From: Clostridia bacterium
GTDB lineage: Bacteria > Bacillota > Clostridia > UBA1381 > UMGS1253
Direction: 5' to 3'
DNA length: 64,000 nt
NCBI GenBank assembly: GCA_045546315.1
Contig: JAZQCN010000091.1
Location: 98,035-162,034, forward strand
The notes beneath the pieces are model-generated. The model was not told the DNA's origin, made no database searches, and saw only the letters and a list, made by a program, of their open reading frames with translations. Below are positions 1-8,686 of the stretch, in pieces (the stretch's first letter is position 1; each line of letters begins with the position of its first letter). The translations under genes were made by a program, and so were the position numbers.

Positions 1-505
1 CGAAATGGTTCATCCCCATTTCCACAACTGCCACCGTATCCTCCGGCTTTAAGCTTAAAAGCGTTTTCGGCACACCGATTTCGTTATTGTAATTTTTTTC
101 CGTTGCCGTTAAGCTAAACTGCGTTGCCAGCACGCAGGCAATCATATCCTTTGTTGTCGTTTTGCCGACAGAGCCCGTAATTGCAACGGTTTTCGGATTG
201 AGGCTACTTTTATAATACCGCGCAATATCGCCGTACGCCTTTTTTGTATCTGCCACGCGAATCACCGCGCTCTCCGTATCAAAGGTCAGCTCCTTGCTGA
301 TTAAAACGCCGCCGGCACCGCTTTTTAATGCGCTGTCGATAAAATCGTGCGCATCAAAGGTCTCTCCGACAAACGGTATAAACAGCGCGCCGTATGCAAC
401 ATTGCGCGAATCTGTAGAGATGCCTGAAAAATTCTGTTCCATATTGCCGCTCACCAGTATACCACCGGTTGCCTCCAATACCTGCTCTACACTTAAAGAC
501 TTCAT
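1..505 (-). CDS. murF: UDP-N-acetylmuramoyl-tripeptide--D-alanyl-D-alanine ligase MurF, N-terminal part (gene continues past the left edge)
   Basis: Own translation of the minus strand from ATG at 505 gives MKSLSVEQVLEATGG...ITGSVGKTTTKDM...NNEIGVP with a Mur-ligase P-loop. It lies directly downstream of murE. It is absent from the ORF track because it is open-ended. Confidence 0.85.
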   Translation of the reverse strand, partial: MKSLSVEQVLEATGGILVSGNMEQNFSGISTDSRNVAYGALFIPFVGETFDAHDFIDSALKSGAGGVLISKELTFDTESAVIRVADTKKAYGDIARYYKSSLNPKTVAITGSVGKTTTKDMIACVLATQFSLTATEKNYNNEIGVPKTLLSLKPEDTVAVVEMGMNHF

Positions 506-538
506 AAGCTGCCCTTCTTTTCAGATAGATTTGTGTCT

Positions 539-1966
539 TTACGCATTTAACAGCGCGTGCACAACCTCGCGCTCGTCAAAATGGATTTTACCCGTATTTA
601 AAATCTGATAGGTTTCATGCCCCTTACCTGCAAGCACAATAATATCCTCCGCCTGCGCATGTGCAAGCGCATAAGCAATGGCATCCTTGCGGCTTGTAAT
701 GCGAACATACGGACAATCCGTTTTCAATACGCCCGGCATAATATCGTCAATAATGCGCTCCGGGTCCTCCGTTCTCGGATTATCGGAGGTGACAATGACG
801 AAATCGGAAAGGCGCGCCGCCGTTTCACCCATCAGCGGTCGCTTCGTGCGGTCGCGGTCGCCGCCACAGCCGAACAGCGTAATCACGCGCGCCGTTTTAA
901 ACTCATTGACCGTAGAGATAATGTTTTCCAGGCCGTCCGGCGTATGTGCATAGTCGATAATCACCGTGTACGGCGTTGCCGTCGGCACAACCTCTGCTCT
1001 TCCTTTAACGCCCTTCGCTGTCAAAAGCGCACGCACTGCTGTATCAATATCGATACCAAGCTGCAGCGCTACCCCAAGCGCCGCCAGGGAATTATACACC
1101 GAGAACTTGCCCGGAATGCCGATATGCACGCTCGTTTTTTTGCCCGCATAAATTGCATCATACAAAACGCCCTTCGCCGAAATTTCAATTTCGGTCGCCT
1201 GCAGCGCGGAGGCACATTCAATCGAATAGCCTAAAAGCGCAGGTGCTGCTGCCGCCAGGCGCTTGCCGTAGACATCGTCTGTATTGATAACGCTCTTTTC
1301 ACATACGGAAAACAGCTTTGCCTTTGCAAGATAATAATGCTCCATATCGCCGTGGAAGTCGAGATGGTCCTGCGTCAGGTTCGTAAACACACCTACCGCA
1401 AAGCGAACACCGCCCACGCGGCTTAATTCCAGCGCGTGGCTGGAAACCTCCATTACGACATGGCTGCAGCCTGCCTCCACCATATCTGCAAACATGGCGT
1501 AAAGCTCCTTCGACTCCGGTGTTGTGCGCTCTGTCGGTAAAACAGCATCGCCAATCATATTCTGATTCGTACCGATTAAGCCAACCTTTGCGCCGGTCTG
1601 CTCTAAAATATGCTTAATCAAATAGGTGACGGTGGTTTTGCCGTTTGTCCCCGTAATGCCGATAACCTGCATTTTTTCATCCGGGCAGCCATAATAAATC
1701 TTGGACATCTGCGCCAGCGCCATACGGCTGTCAGACACATACACAACCGGTACACAAGCCTCAACCGCATCCTGCGCCACAATGGCAGCGGCGCCGTTTT
1801 CGATTGCCTTTTGCACATAGCTGTGCCCATCCGTGGCAAAACCCTTGATACATACAAACACATCTCCCGGCTTTACTGCGCGCGAATCATAGGCAATCCC
1901 GCCTACCTCCAGCGCCGTATCGCCGCCCAAGATATTTACATTTTTCAGCAATTCGGATAATTTCAT
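539..1966 (-). CDS. murE: UDP-N-acetylmuramoyl-L-alanyl-D-glutamate--2,6-diaminopimelate ligase
   Basis: ORF 539..1978, with the start moved to ATG 1966 (MKLSELLKN). Mur-ligase P-loop GITGTNGKTT. The C-terminal DNPRTEDP (DNPR) motif is typical of the meso-DAP-adding type. Confidence 0.93.
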   Translation of the reverse strand: MKLSELLKNVNILGGDTALEVGGIAYDSRAVKPGDVFVCIKGFATDGHSYVQKAIENGAAAIVAQDAVEACVPVVYVSDSRMALAQMSKIYYGCPDEKMQVIGITGTNGKTTVTYLIKHILEQTGAKVGLIGTNQNMIGDAVLPTERTTPESKELYAMFADMVEAGCSHVVMEVSSHALELSRVGGVRFAVGVFTNLTQDHLDFHGDMEHYYLAKAKLFSVCEKSVINTDDVYGKRLAAAAPALLGYSIECASALQATEIEISAKGVLYDAIYAGKKTSVHIGIPGKFSVYNSLAALGVALQLGIDIDTAVRALLTAKGVKGRAEVVPTATPYTVIIDYAHTPDGLENIISTVNEFKTARVITLFGCGGDRDRTKRPLMGETAARLSDFVIVTSDNPRTEDPERIIDDIMPGVLKTDCPYVRITSRKDAIAYALAHAQAEDIIVLAGKGHETYQILNTGKIHFDEREVVHALLNA

Positions 1967-1996
1967 GTCAAACACCACACCTTCTGTCGTTTTTTA

Positions 1997-4195
1997 TCAA
2001 TCGCCGCCCATATAAACAAACTCTACACGAACGGTTGTTGCAGGATTTACACTCGTGCCGCCCGCCGGTGCCTGCTTTTGCACAACACAGCTGTCATCCG
2101 TTGCGCCTATAATTTCAAGATTCAAGCCCGAATCCTGCATCTGCGCACGCACATCTGCAAGCGTCTGCCCCGTGAAATCGGGCACGGTCACCTGCTGTAT
2201 CTCACTGCCGGTTGTATATAAAAGCACAGTCGAGCCCTTTGCAAGGCTTGCGCCCGGCTTTGGCAGCTGCTCATCTACCGTTTCTGCATCGCCGATAATC
2301 TGATACCCGAAACCAAGCTCAGCCACAGCCTTCGCCGCTTCAGTTGTATTCAGATTACGCACCTCAGGTACAATGACCTGACTCGTGTCCTCATCAGCGT
2401 CAAAGTGCTTTTCAACGCCGAGGTACCCGAGCGTATCTTCTAAAATATTGCGCGCCACCGGCGCAGCAATCTGGCTACCTTGATACAAATCTCCGGTCGG
2501 CTCGTCAATTGCCACAAGGCAAATCAGCTCCGGATCATCTGCCGGTGCCATACCGATAAACGATGCAACATATTTTCTTTGGTTACGCGGGCGTTTCTCG
2601 GAAGTACCCGTCTTGCCGCCAATCGCGTAGCCCTTAATCTGCGCGCTCTTACCTGTACCATAGGCAACAACGCCCTCCGTAAAGTCGCGCATAATTGCAC
2701 TGGTTTCCGCCGAAACCACTTGACGAACCAGCTCCGGCTCGTAGGTTTTTACAACATTTCCCTCACTGTCGGACAGGGATTTAACCACATACGGACGCAT
2801 CAGATTGCCGCCATTAATCACAGCAGATACCGCTGTAATCAATTGCATCGGTGTAACCTGGAAGCTCTGACCGAAGGCGCTGGTTGCAAGCTCCGTTGCG
2901 TTCAGATACTGCGCCGTATAATATACACTTTCACCCTCGCCGCCAAGCTCAATGCCGGTTGGCTGGGTTAAGCCAAAGTTTGCAAAATAACGGAAAAACG
3001 CCTCTCTGCCAACGCGATTGCCCAACTCCATAAACACAGGGTTGCAGGAGTTTTGCAATCCCTCTTTAAAATTCTCATGTCCGTGACCGACAGTTTTCCA
3101 GCAGTTGATGCGCACATTGCCAATCATCATAAAGCCCGGACAGTTGAAGGTATCGTGCGGCGTCACCACACCCTCCTCCAGCGCCATTGCTGCCGTCAAA
3201 ATCTTAAATACAGAGCCAGGCTCATAGGTATCGCCGACGGCTTTGTTTCTCCACTGAAGCGCAAGCGCATCACTGCGCATTTTGCTTCTTTTCTCCTCGT
3301 CCGTTTCTGCCTCGATTTCAGCCTTTTTCTCCTCGGACACCAGCGTGAACGGCGCATTCAAATCATAGTCCGGCTTTGTAACCATCGCATAGATTTCACC
3401 GGTTTTCGGCGCCATAACAATTGCAAATGCACCCTGCGCCGGCTTATTTTCCTCTACAGCCTGCTGCAGATGCTTTTCAGCAAAATGCTGGATGGTTTCA
3501 TCAATCGTCAAGGTAACATTCAGGCCGTCCTGCGATTCGTATTTTTGCTCATACTGGAACGGCATATCGGAGCCGGCTGCATTTTTCACGGAAATCACTC
3601 TGCCCGCAACGCCGGAAAGCTCGTCATTCATCGCTGCTTCAATGCCGTACAAGCCCTGATTGTCAGTGCCCGTAAAGCCGATGAGATGCGAAGCAAAATT
3701 GCCGAACGGGTAATAGCGCTTTGTATCCTCCTCTAAGTACACGCCGCTGAAATACTCCTTTGTATCCTCGGCAGTCTTCAGCGCACGAATTTGATCTGTT
3801 TTTGTTTTTTCAACCTTGCGCGCAACCGTAACATAGGAAAGATTTTTCGTTACCATTGCATACACATCGTCATACTCCAGCTCTAAAATATCCGCCAAAT
3901 GGTGGGCAACAATCTCCTCACCCTCGTTTTTCTTAATCTCTACCGGCGAAACACTCACAAGCTCTACGGATGCACTGACCGCAAGCTCCTTACCGTTTCG
4001 ATCGTAAATTGTGCCGCGCTTAGAGGTGATAGCGCGGTCACGCGTCTGCTGCAGCATGGCTTCCTTGCGCATTTCCTCGCCGCGAATCAACTGCCAATAG
4101 CCTATACGAACGCCAAGAACGCCCAATAGCAAAACCACTACGAGCGTACAGGCGAATATTCTGTTTTTGATTCCCATATTCGTCCGATTTTTCAT
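1997..4195 (-). CDS. Class B penicillin-binding protein (FtsI/SpoVD/PBP2B-like) with two C-terminal PASTA repeats
   Basis: ORF 1997..4237, with the start placed at ATG 4195 (MKNRTN), which has GGAGG upstream. N-terminal TM helix. Transpeptidase motifs SVFK (SxxK), SCN (SxN) and KTGT. Two PASTA-like repeats at the C-terminus. It occupies the dcw slot after ftsL. Confidence 0.9.
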   Translation of the reverse strand: MKNRTNMGIKNRIFACTLVVVLLLGVLGVRIGYWQLIRGEEMRKEAMLQQTRDRAITSKRGTIYDRNGKELAVSASVELVSVSPVEIKKNEGEEIVAHHLADILELEYDDVYAMVTKNLSYVTVARKVEKTKTDQIRALKTAEDTKEYFSGVYLEEDTKRYYPFGNFASHLIGFTGTDNQGLYGIEAAMNDELSGVAGRVISVKNAAGSDMPFQYEQKYESQDGLNVTLTIDETIQHFAEKHLQQAVEENKPAQGAFAIVMAPKTGEIYAMVTKPDYDLNAPFTLVSEEKKAEIEAETDEEKRSKMRSDALALQWRNKAVGDTYEPGSVFKILTAAMALEEGVVTPHDTFNCPGFMMIGNVRINCWKTVGHGHENFKEGLQNSCNPVFMELGNRVGREAFFRYFANFGLTQPTGIELGGEGESVYYTAQYLNATELATSAFGQSFQVTPMQLITAVSAVINGGNLMRPYVVKSLSDSEGNVVKTYEPELVRQVVSAETSAIMRDFTEGVVAYGTGKSAQIKGYAIGGKTGTSEKRPRNQRKYVASFIGMAPADDPELICLVAIDEPTGDLYQGSQIAAPVARNILEDTLGYLGVEKHFDADEDTSQVIVPEVRNLNTTEAAKAVAELGFGYQIIGDAETVDEQLPKPGASLAKGSTVLLYTTGSEIQQVTVPDFTGQTLADVRAQMQDSGLNLEIIGATDDSCVVQKQAPAGGTSVNPATTVRVEFVYMGGD

Positions 4196-4234
4196 CGACC
4201 CAAAGCGCCTCCGAACGCAATTTGCATTTATAGA

Positions 4235-4283
4235 CAAAAAAAGGTTAAGAGGAAGTTTGTTACATCCAAATCGCCCTTAACCT
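4235..4283 (-). terminator. Terminator-like imperfect hairpin between ftsL and the PBP gene
   Basis: The minus strand reads AGGTTAAGGG..(loop)..CCTCTTAACCT followed by TTTTTTT. The loop is long (~21 nt) with some internal pairing. Confidence 0.3.
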
Positions 4284-4340
4284 GTTCATCCGATTCTTTT
4301 TAAAAGCCTCAAGATGCTTTTACCATTATCATATATAAGC

Positions 4341-4823
4341 TTATCGAATACCGAATATGCCAAACACTGCATTCATGCCGGCATAAAGCTCTTCTCCAAC
4401 TTGCTTGTCCGCTGTCTTCTCTACATAGTCCCCCTGACGAACATTGATGTAAATAATCTGATGCTTTTGCGGCTTGCTCATGCCGTATTTCGTTGTGGCA
4501 TTTGCTTCAATCGTTGCCAAATCAACCGCCTGCTCCGACGCTACAATCGCCTGCTTTGTTGCAGTTTCTGCATCCTCGAGCTGGCTTTGCAGTGCATTGA
4601 CCCGGTTGCTCTTTTCGTAGAGGCGAACCTCTCGTGTAACCAAACAAAATGCAATGGAGAAAATAACAGCAATATAAACGAGCGCTACAAGCAAATTCGA
4701 TTTCTTTTTTGCTTTCGCGCGCTTCGCGGAAACGACATCCGCCTTTTTGCGCAAAGAAGTATGCGACGGCTGATACTGCGGTCTATATGCCGGATTCAGT
4801 GCCAAATTGCCACTTGTTCTCAC
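4341..4823 (-). CDS. ftsL: Cell division protein FtsL-like (single-pass membrane protein)
   Basis: This is the lower part of ORF 4341..5024, whose upper part overlaps rsmH. Start set at GTG 4823, preceded by GAAGGGGG. One TM helix (LLVALVYIAVIFSIAFCLV) followed by a coiled-coil-like segment. Canonical position between rsmH and the PBP gene. Confidence 0.65.
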   Translation of the reverse strand: MRTSGNLALNPAYRPQYQPSHTSLRKKADVVSAKRAKAKKKSNLLVALVYIAVIFSIAFCLVTREVRLYEKSNRVNALQSQLEDAETATKQAIVASEQAVDLATIEANATTKYGMSKPQKHQIIYINVRQGDYVEKTADKQVGEELYAGMNAVFGIFGIR

Positions 4824-4851
4824 GTGTTTTCCCCCTTCGTTTTTGTCCTCT

Positions 4852-5784
4852 CTACAAAACCTCAGCAATGCGCAGCTTCGCGCTCTTCGAGCGGGAGTTT
4901 TGCTCCAGCTCCTGCTGCGTTGCTGCAATCGGTTTTCTCGTAATAATTTTGATTTTCGGTTTCCCGCCGCAAACGCAGACCGGAAACTCGCGCGGACACG
5001 TACACCCCTGTGCCAGCGCGGCAAATGCTTCTTTAATGATTCTGTCCTCTAAAGAATGGAAGGTGATGATGCAAAGTCTGCCGCCCGGTGCAAGCACATC
5101 GGTAAAATCCTTTACGGCATCCTTTAAAATCTCCAACTCACCGTTGACCTCGATGCGAATCGCCTGAAATGTGCGTTTCGCCGGGTGTCCGCCCTCCTGC
5201 CTAGCCCCGGCAGGAATCGCTTCCTTTATGATGCTGACAAGCTCACCGGTTGTACGGACCGGTGTCATTGCCCGTCGCTTTGCAATAAACGCAGCTATGC
5301 GTTTTGCCCAATTTTCTTCGCCGTAGGTACGGATGATTCTCGCGAGCTCCTCTTCGCTGTATCCGTTTACGACATCGTATGCGCTTTTTGCCGCCGTGCG
5401 GTCCATGCGCATATCCAGCGGTGCATCGTGCATATAACTAAACCCGCGCTCCGGCGCATCTAACTGATGCGAGGAAACGCCCAAATCCAAAAGTGCACCG
5501 TTGATTTTTTCAATCTGCAGGCTTGACAGCACCTGCTTTATATTCGAAAAGTTGTTTTTAACAATTGTCACACGCTCTGCAAACGGCTTTAATCTTTCAC
5601 TCGCCGCCGCAATTGCATTTTCGTCGCGGTCGATACCAATCAGCCTGCCGCCCTCAAGCCGCGCCGCAATCGCACTGCTGTGCCCGGCGCCGCCGAGCGT
5701 ACCGTCGACATAGATGCCGTTCGGTTGAATGCAAAGCCCTTCTATGCATTCCTCAAACAACACGGGGATATGATGAAAATCCAA
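4852..5784 (-). CDS. rsmH: 16S rRNA (cytosine1402-N4)-methyltransferase
   Basis: ORF 310 aa beginning MDFHHIPVL...[10 protein letters not shown], a SAM-binding motif. It follows mraZ. Confidence 0.95.
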   Translation of the reverse strand: MDFHHIPVLFEECIEGLCIQPNGIYVDGTLGGAGHSSAIAARLEGGRLIGIDRDENAIAAASERLKPFAERVTIVKNNFSNIKQVLSSLQIEKINGALLDLGVSSHQLDAPERGFSYMHDAPLDMRMDRTAAKSAYDVVNGYSEEELARIIRTYGEENWAKRIAAFIAKRRAMTPVRTTGELVSIIKEAIPAGARQEGGHPAKRTFQAIRIEVNGELEILKDAVKDFTDVLAPGGRLCIITFHSLEDRIIKEAFAALAQGCTCPREFPVCVCGGKPKIKIITRKPIAATQQELEQNSRSKSAKLRIAEVL

Positions 5785-5800
5785 ATTCGCTCACCGCCTG

Positions 5801-6253
5801 TTAGAATTGCATACCGAGAGAATCCATACTCTCCAGAACCATTTCCTCGCTGATTTGCTCTGCCTGGTAGGTCTCCCAGGTTGCAGCATCCCAAATTTCC
5901 ATGCGGTTACGCGCACCGATAATCGTTACATCCTTTACAAGGCCCGCCATTTCGCGCAGATTCTGCGGAATATTGATTCTGCCGAGCTTGTCCACATCGC
6001 ACTCGTGTACATTGGCGGTAAAATATCTTAAAACATCACGCGCCATTCTGTTGGTTGTGCTTGGGAGCTCAGAAAGCTTATCGAAAAACTTTGTCCACTC
6101 TTCCTTAGAATACACAAACAGACACCCGTCCAAGCCGCGTGTCACATAAAAGCTCTCGCCCTCTTCTCCTGTACGGAATTTTGCGGGCATGCTCACTCTG
6201 CCTTTCGCATCGACAGTGTGGTTATATGTACCTATGAACAAAGTTTTCACCAC
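5801..6253 (-). CDS. mraZ: Transcriptional regulator MraZ
   Basis: Two SpoVT/AbrB-like halves, each with DxxGR (DAKGRVSMP, DKLGRINIP). The start is ambiguous: GTG 6307, GTG 6253/6250 or TTG 6241. The shorter forms match the usual ~145-aa length. Confidence 0.88.
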   Translation of the reverse strand: MVKTLFIGTYNHTVDAKGRVSMPAKFRTGEEGESFYVTRGLDGCLFVYSKEEWTKFFDKLSELPSTTNRMARDVLRYFTANVHECDVDKLGRINIPQNLREMAGLVKDVTIIGARNRMEIWDAATWETYQAEQISEEMVLESMDSLGMQF

Positions 6254-6300
6254 TTTTCCGGGGTCATCAACGGGTTTTTGGAAACTTTTGCGCCAAAAAT

Positions 6301-6330
6301 TTCCCACCGTTATACATTTGATACCACTTT
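6301..6330 (-). promoter_or_regulatory. Possible MraZ boxes (GTGG-core repeats) upstream of mraZ
   Basis: The minus strand reads AAAGTGGTA and CGGTGGGAA with cores 20 bp apart. A third copy, AAAAGTGGTG, sits at 6248-6257. MraZ is known to bind GTGG-type direct repeats in its own promoter. Confidence 0.2.
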
Positions 6331-6456
6331 ATCCCCCTGTAATGAAATTTTACACGAATATTACAGTTTTTTCAAGAGTTTTTTAAAGTTCAGAGGCATT
6401 TTTGTAAGAATTTCGTCGTTTTGCACTAATTCAAATACAGATTTTGTGCAATGTGC

Positions 6457-6500
6457 CAAAAACACGCAAAAAGCACCCACAATATTTTGTGGGTGCTTTT
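6457..6500 (-). terminator. Rho-independent terminator ending the priA...thiN co-directional run
   Basis: The minus strand reads AAAAGCACCCAC-AAAATATT-GTGGGTGCTTTT followed by TGCGTGTTTTT. Confidence 0.6.
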
Positions 6501-6511
6501 AAGCTGCACTA

Positions 6512-7123
6512 CTATTGACAAATATGCACTACTAAATATTTCGCATTCTCCGCCCGAATCTCGGCAACATCGCCGGTAAAAACATTGCTGATGCCCGTCA
6601 ACGGAAGCGGTTGCCGGTTTAGCGGATACTCTAACCCGGCCGTGGTATAGCTGCCGCCCTGCGCAAGCGGAATCACCGAAAGCAAATCGCCAGGCTTTCC
6701 GCAAACGCACACACTGTCCTCCGAATACCACAGCTGCGTGTCCCCATCAACAATGGTTGCGCGCGCGCCGCGGTGCGCCGCATAGGCAAGCAGGTGTACA
6801 TTGCCGAGCGCATGGTCGATTCTGCCGCCCAACGCGCCGAGCAAAGTAATGTCTGTATGCCCAAGCTCCAACGCGTGCATCAGCGCAATTTCGCTGTCGG
6901 TGTAATCCTTGCGCACCGGAAACACCTGCACCTGCTCTGCGCTGACCTTTTCCCGGTCAAAGGAATCAAAATCACCGAGCACGGCGTCCGCGCGCAAGCC
7001 CAGCGCCTGCACATAGGCATAGCCGCTGTCCGCGCATATGGTATACGCCTCTTTATCCACTCTTGCCGCGGTGCGCGCGATATCTTCTATCACACCGCCG
7101 CAAACGATATTACATTTTTTCAC
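6512..7123 (-). CDS. thiN: Thiamine diphosphokinase
   Basis: 203 aa with GDFDS, KDYTDSE and GALGGRIDHALGN motifs. 4-nt overlap with rpe. Confidence 0.85.
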   Translation of the reverse strand: MKKCNIVCGGVIEDIARTAARVDKEAYTICADSGYAYVQALGLRADAVLGDFDSFDREKVSAEQVQVFPVRKDYTDSEIALMHALELGHTDITLLGALGGRIDHALGNVHLLAYAAHRGARATIVDGDTQLWYSEDSVCVCGKPGDLLSVIPLAQGGSYTTAGLEYPLNRQPLPLTGISNVFTGDVAEIRAENAKYLVVHICQ

Positions 7124-7767
7124 TGGTTCGCCTTCTCTACAAACAGTTTCGTTGTCGCCTCAATATCGCCCTTACCGAAAACAGCGCTGCCGGCAACAAC
7201 TGTGTTTGCACCGTTTTCCACAACGCGCAAAATATTGTCTAAGTTAATGCCGCCATCGACGGAAATATCCATCCCCTCCGGTGCAACCGCTGCAATCTTT
7301 CTGAGCTTCTCCTCCGCGCTCGGCATATACTTCTGCCCGCCAAAGCCCGGCTCGACACTCATAACCAAAACCATATCCAGCTTGTCCAGATACGGGAAAA
7401 CCGCCTCTGCAGGTGTTCCCGGTTTAATCGAAACGCCCGCCTTTACGCCAAGCGATTTAATTTTGTCGATACACGCATCCAGATCCTCGGTTGCTTCAAT
7501 ATGTACGGTGATGATATCTGCGCCTGCCTTTGCAAACGCCTCCACATAGCGTTCCGGCGCCTGAATCATTAAATGCACATCAAATACCGCATCTGTTACC
7601 GGACGCAGGCTCGCAATCACACACGGACCAATAGACATATTCGGCACGAATGCGCCATCCATAACATCAATATGCATATACTGTGCGCCGCCGCGTACCG
7701 CTGCAAGCACATCCTCTCCCAGTTTTGAAAAATCCGCCGCTAAAATAGACGGTGCAATCTTTACCAT
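7120..7767 (-). CDS. rpe: Ribulose-phosphate 3-epimerase
   Basis: 215 aa beginning MVKIAPSILAADF...HIDVMDG...VMSVEPGFGGQ. Confidence 0.95.
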   Translation of the reverse strand: MVKIAPSILAADFSKLGEDVLAAVRGGAQYMHIDVMDGAFVPNMSIGPCVIASLRPVTDAVFDVHLMIQAPERYVEAFAKAGADIITVHIEATEDLDACIDKIKSLGVKAGVSIKPGTPAEAVFPYLDKLDMVLVMSVEPGFGGQKYMPSAEEKLRKIAAVAPEGMDISVDGGINLDNILRVVENGANTVVAGSAVFGKGDIEATTKLFVEKANQ

Positions 7768-7804
7768 ACTATCCCCTCTGTTTCTTCATATATTATATAT
7801 AATT

Positions 7805-8671
7805 TTATTTTTGCCAATCCTTTACGAGCTTACGCTCTGCATACAAATCACAATAGCTTTTATAGCGACTCTCGGAAATCCTGCCTTCAGCCAGGGCCGC
7901 TTTGACCGCGCAGTCCGGCTCCTGCACATGCGCACAGCCGCGAAAACGACAGCCGCCCAGATACGGCGCAAACTCACGAAAATACATCGCAAGCTCATCG
8001 GCAGGGATTGCAGGCGCTTCAAAGCTGGAAAAGCCGGGCGTATCGAAAACATAACCGCCGTCCGCAAGCCCTAATAGCTCCACATGGCGCGTTGTATGTC
8101 TGCCGCGTTTGATTTTCTCGCTGATTGCACCGGTTTCCATTTCACCGCTGATACCGAGTGCATTTAAAAGGCTCGATTTGCCAACACCGGAGTTGCCGGC
8201 AAACGCACTTGTTTTATCTTTAAGCTTCTCTTTTAAAAGTGCAATACCCTCTCCGGTTTGAACACTGGTTAAAATCACATCGTAGCCCGCAGCCGCATAA
8301 ATGTCCGCCGCTGAGGTATCCTGCGTTAAATCCGTTTTGTTAAAGCACAAAACCGTTTCAATTTGGGCATACTCGCCCAGAAGCAGGAAGCAATCCACCA
8401 AAAACAGATTCGGTGCCGGATCGGTGAGTGCAACTGTTACCACCAGCTGGTCAATATTTGAAACCGCCGGACGAATCAGCTGATTTTTGCGCAGGTAAAT
8501 TTCTTCAATGCTCCCCTTGCCGTTTTTCTCAGCAATGCGCACGCGGTCGCCGACCATCGGCGTTTGTCCTTCCTTTCGAAACACGCCGCGCGCCTTACAC
8601 TCTACCGTGCCTGTCTCCGTTTGCACATAGTAAAAGCCACCTATTCCTTTTGTGATTATGCCGTCTGCCAT
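7805..8671 (-). CDS. rsgA: Ribosome small-subunit-dependent GTPase A
   Basis: Circularly permuted G motifs (NKTDL then GNSGVGKSSL). C-terminal zinc knuckle CRFRGCAHVQEPDC. Confidence 0.93.
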   Translation of the reverse strand: MADGIITKGIGGFYYVQTETGTVECKARGVFRKEGQTPMVGDRVRIAEKNGKGSIEEIYLRKNQLIRPAVSNIDQLVVTVALTDPAPNLFLVDCFLLLGEYAQIETVLCFNKTDLTQDTSAADIYAAAGYDVILTSVQTGEGIALLKEKLKDKTSAFAGNSGVGKSSLLNALGISGEMETGAISEKIKRGRHTTRHVELLGLADGGYVFDTPGFSSFEAPAIPADELAMYFREFAPYLGGCRFRGCAHVQEPDCAVKAALAEGRISESRYKSYCDLYAERKLVKDWQK

Positions 8672-8686
8672 AAAATTCCCTCTGAA

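Noticed and set aside
4824-5024. An N-terminal extension of the ftsL-slot ORF (227 aa as listed in the track).
   Set aside because: The extension overlaps the 3' end of rsmH by ~170 nt in another frame and is Arg/Ser-rich. A GTG with a GAAGGGGG Shine-Dalgarno at 4823 gives a normal FtsL-sized protein.
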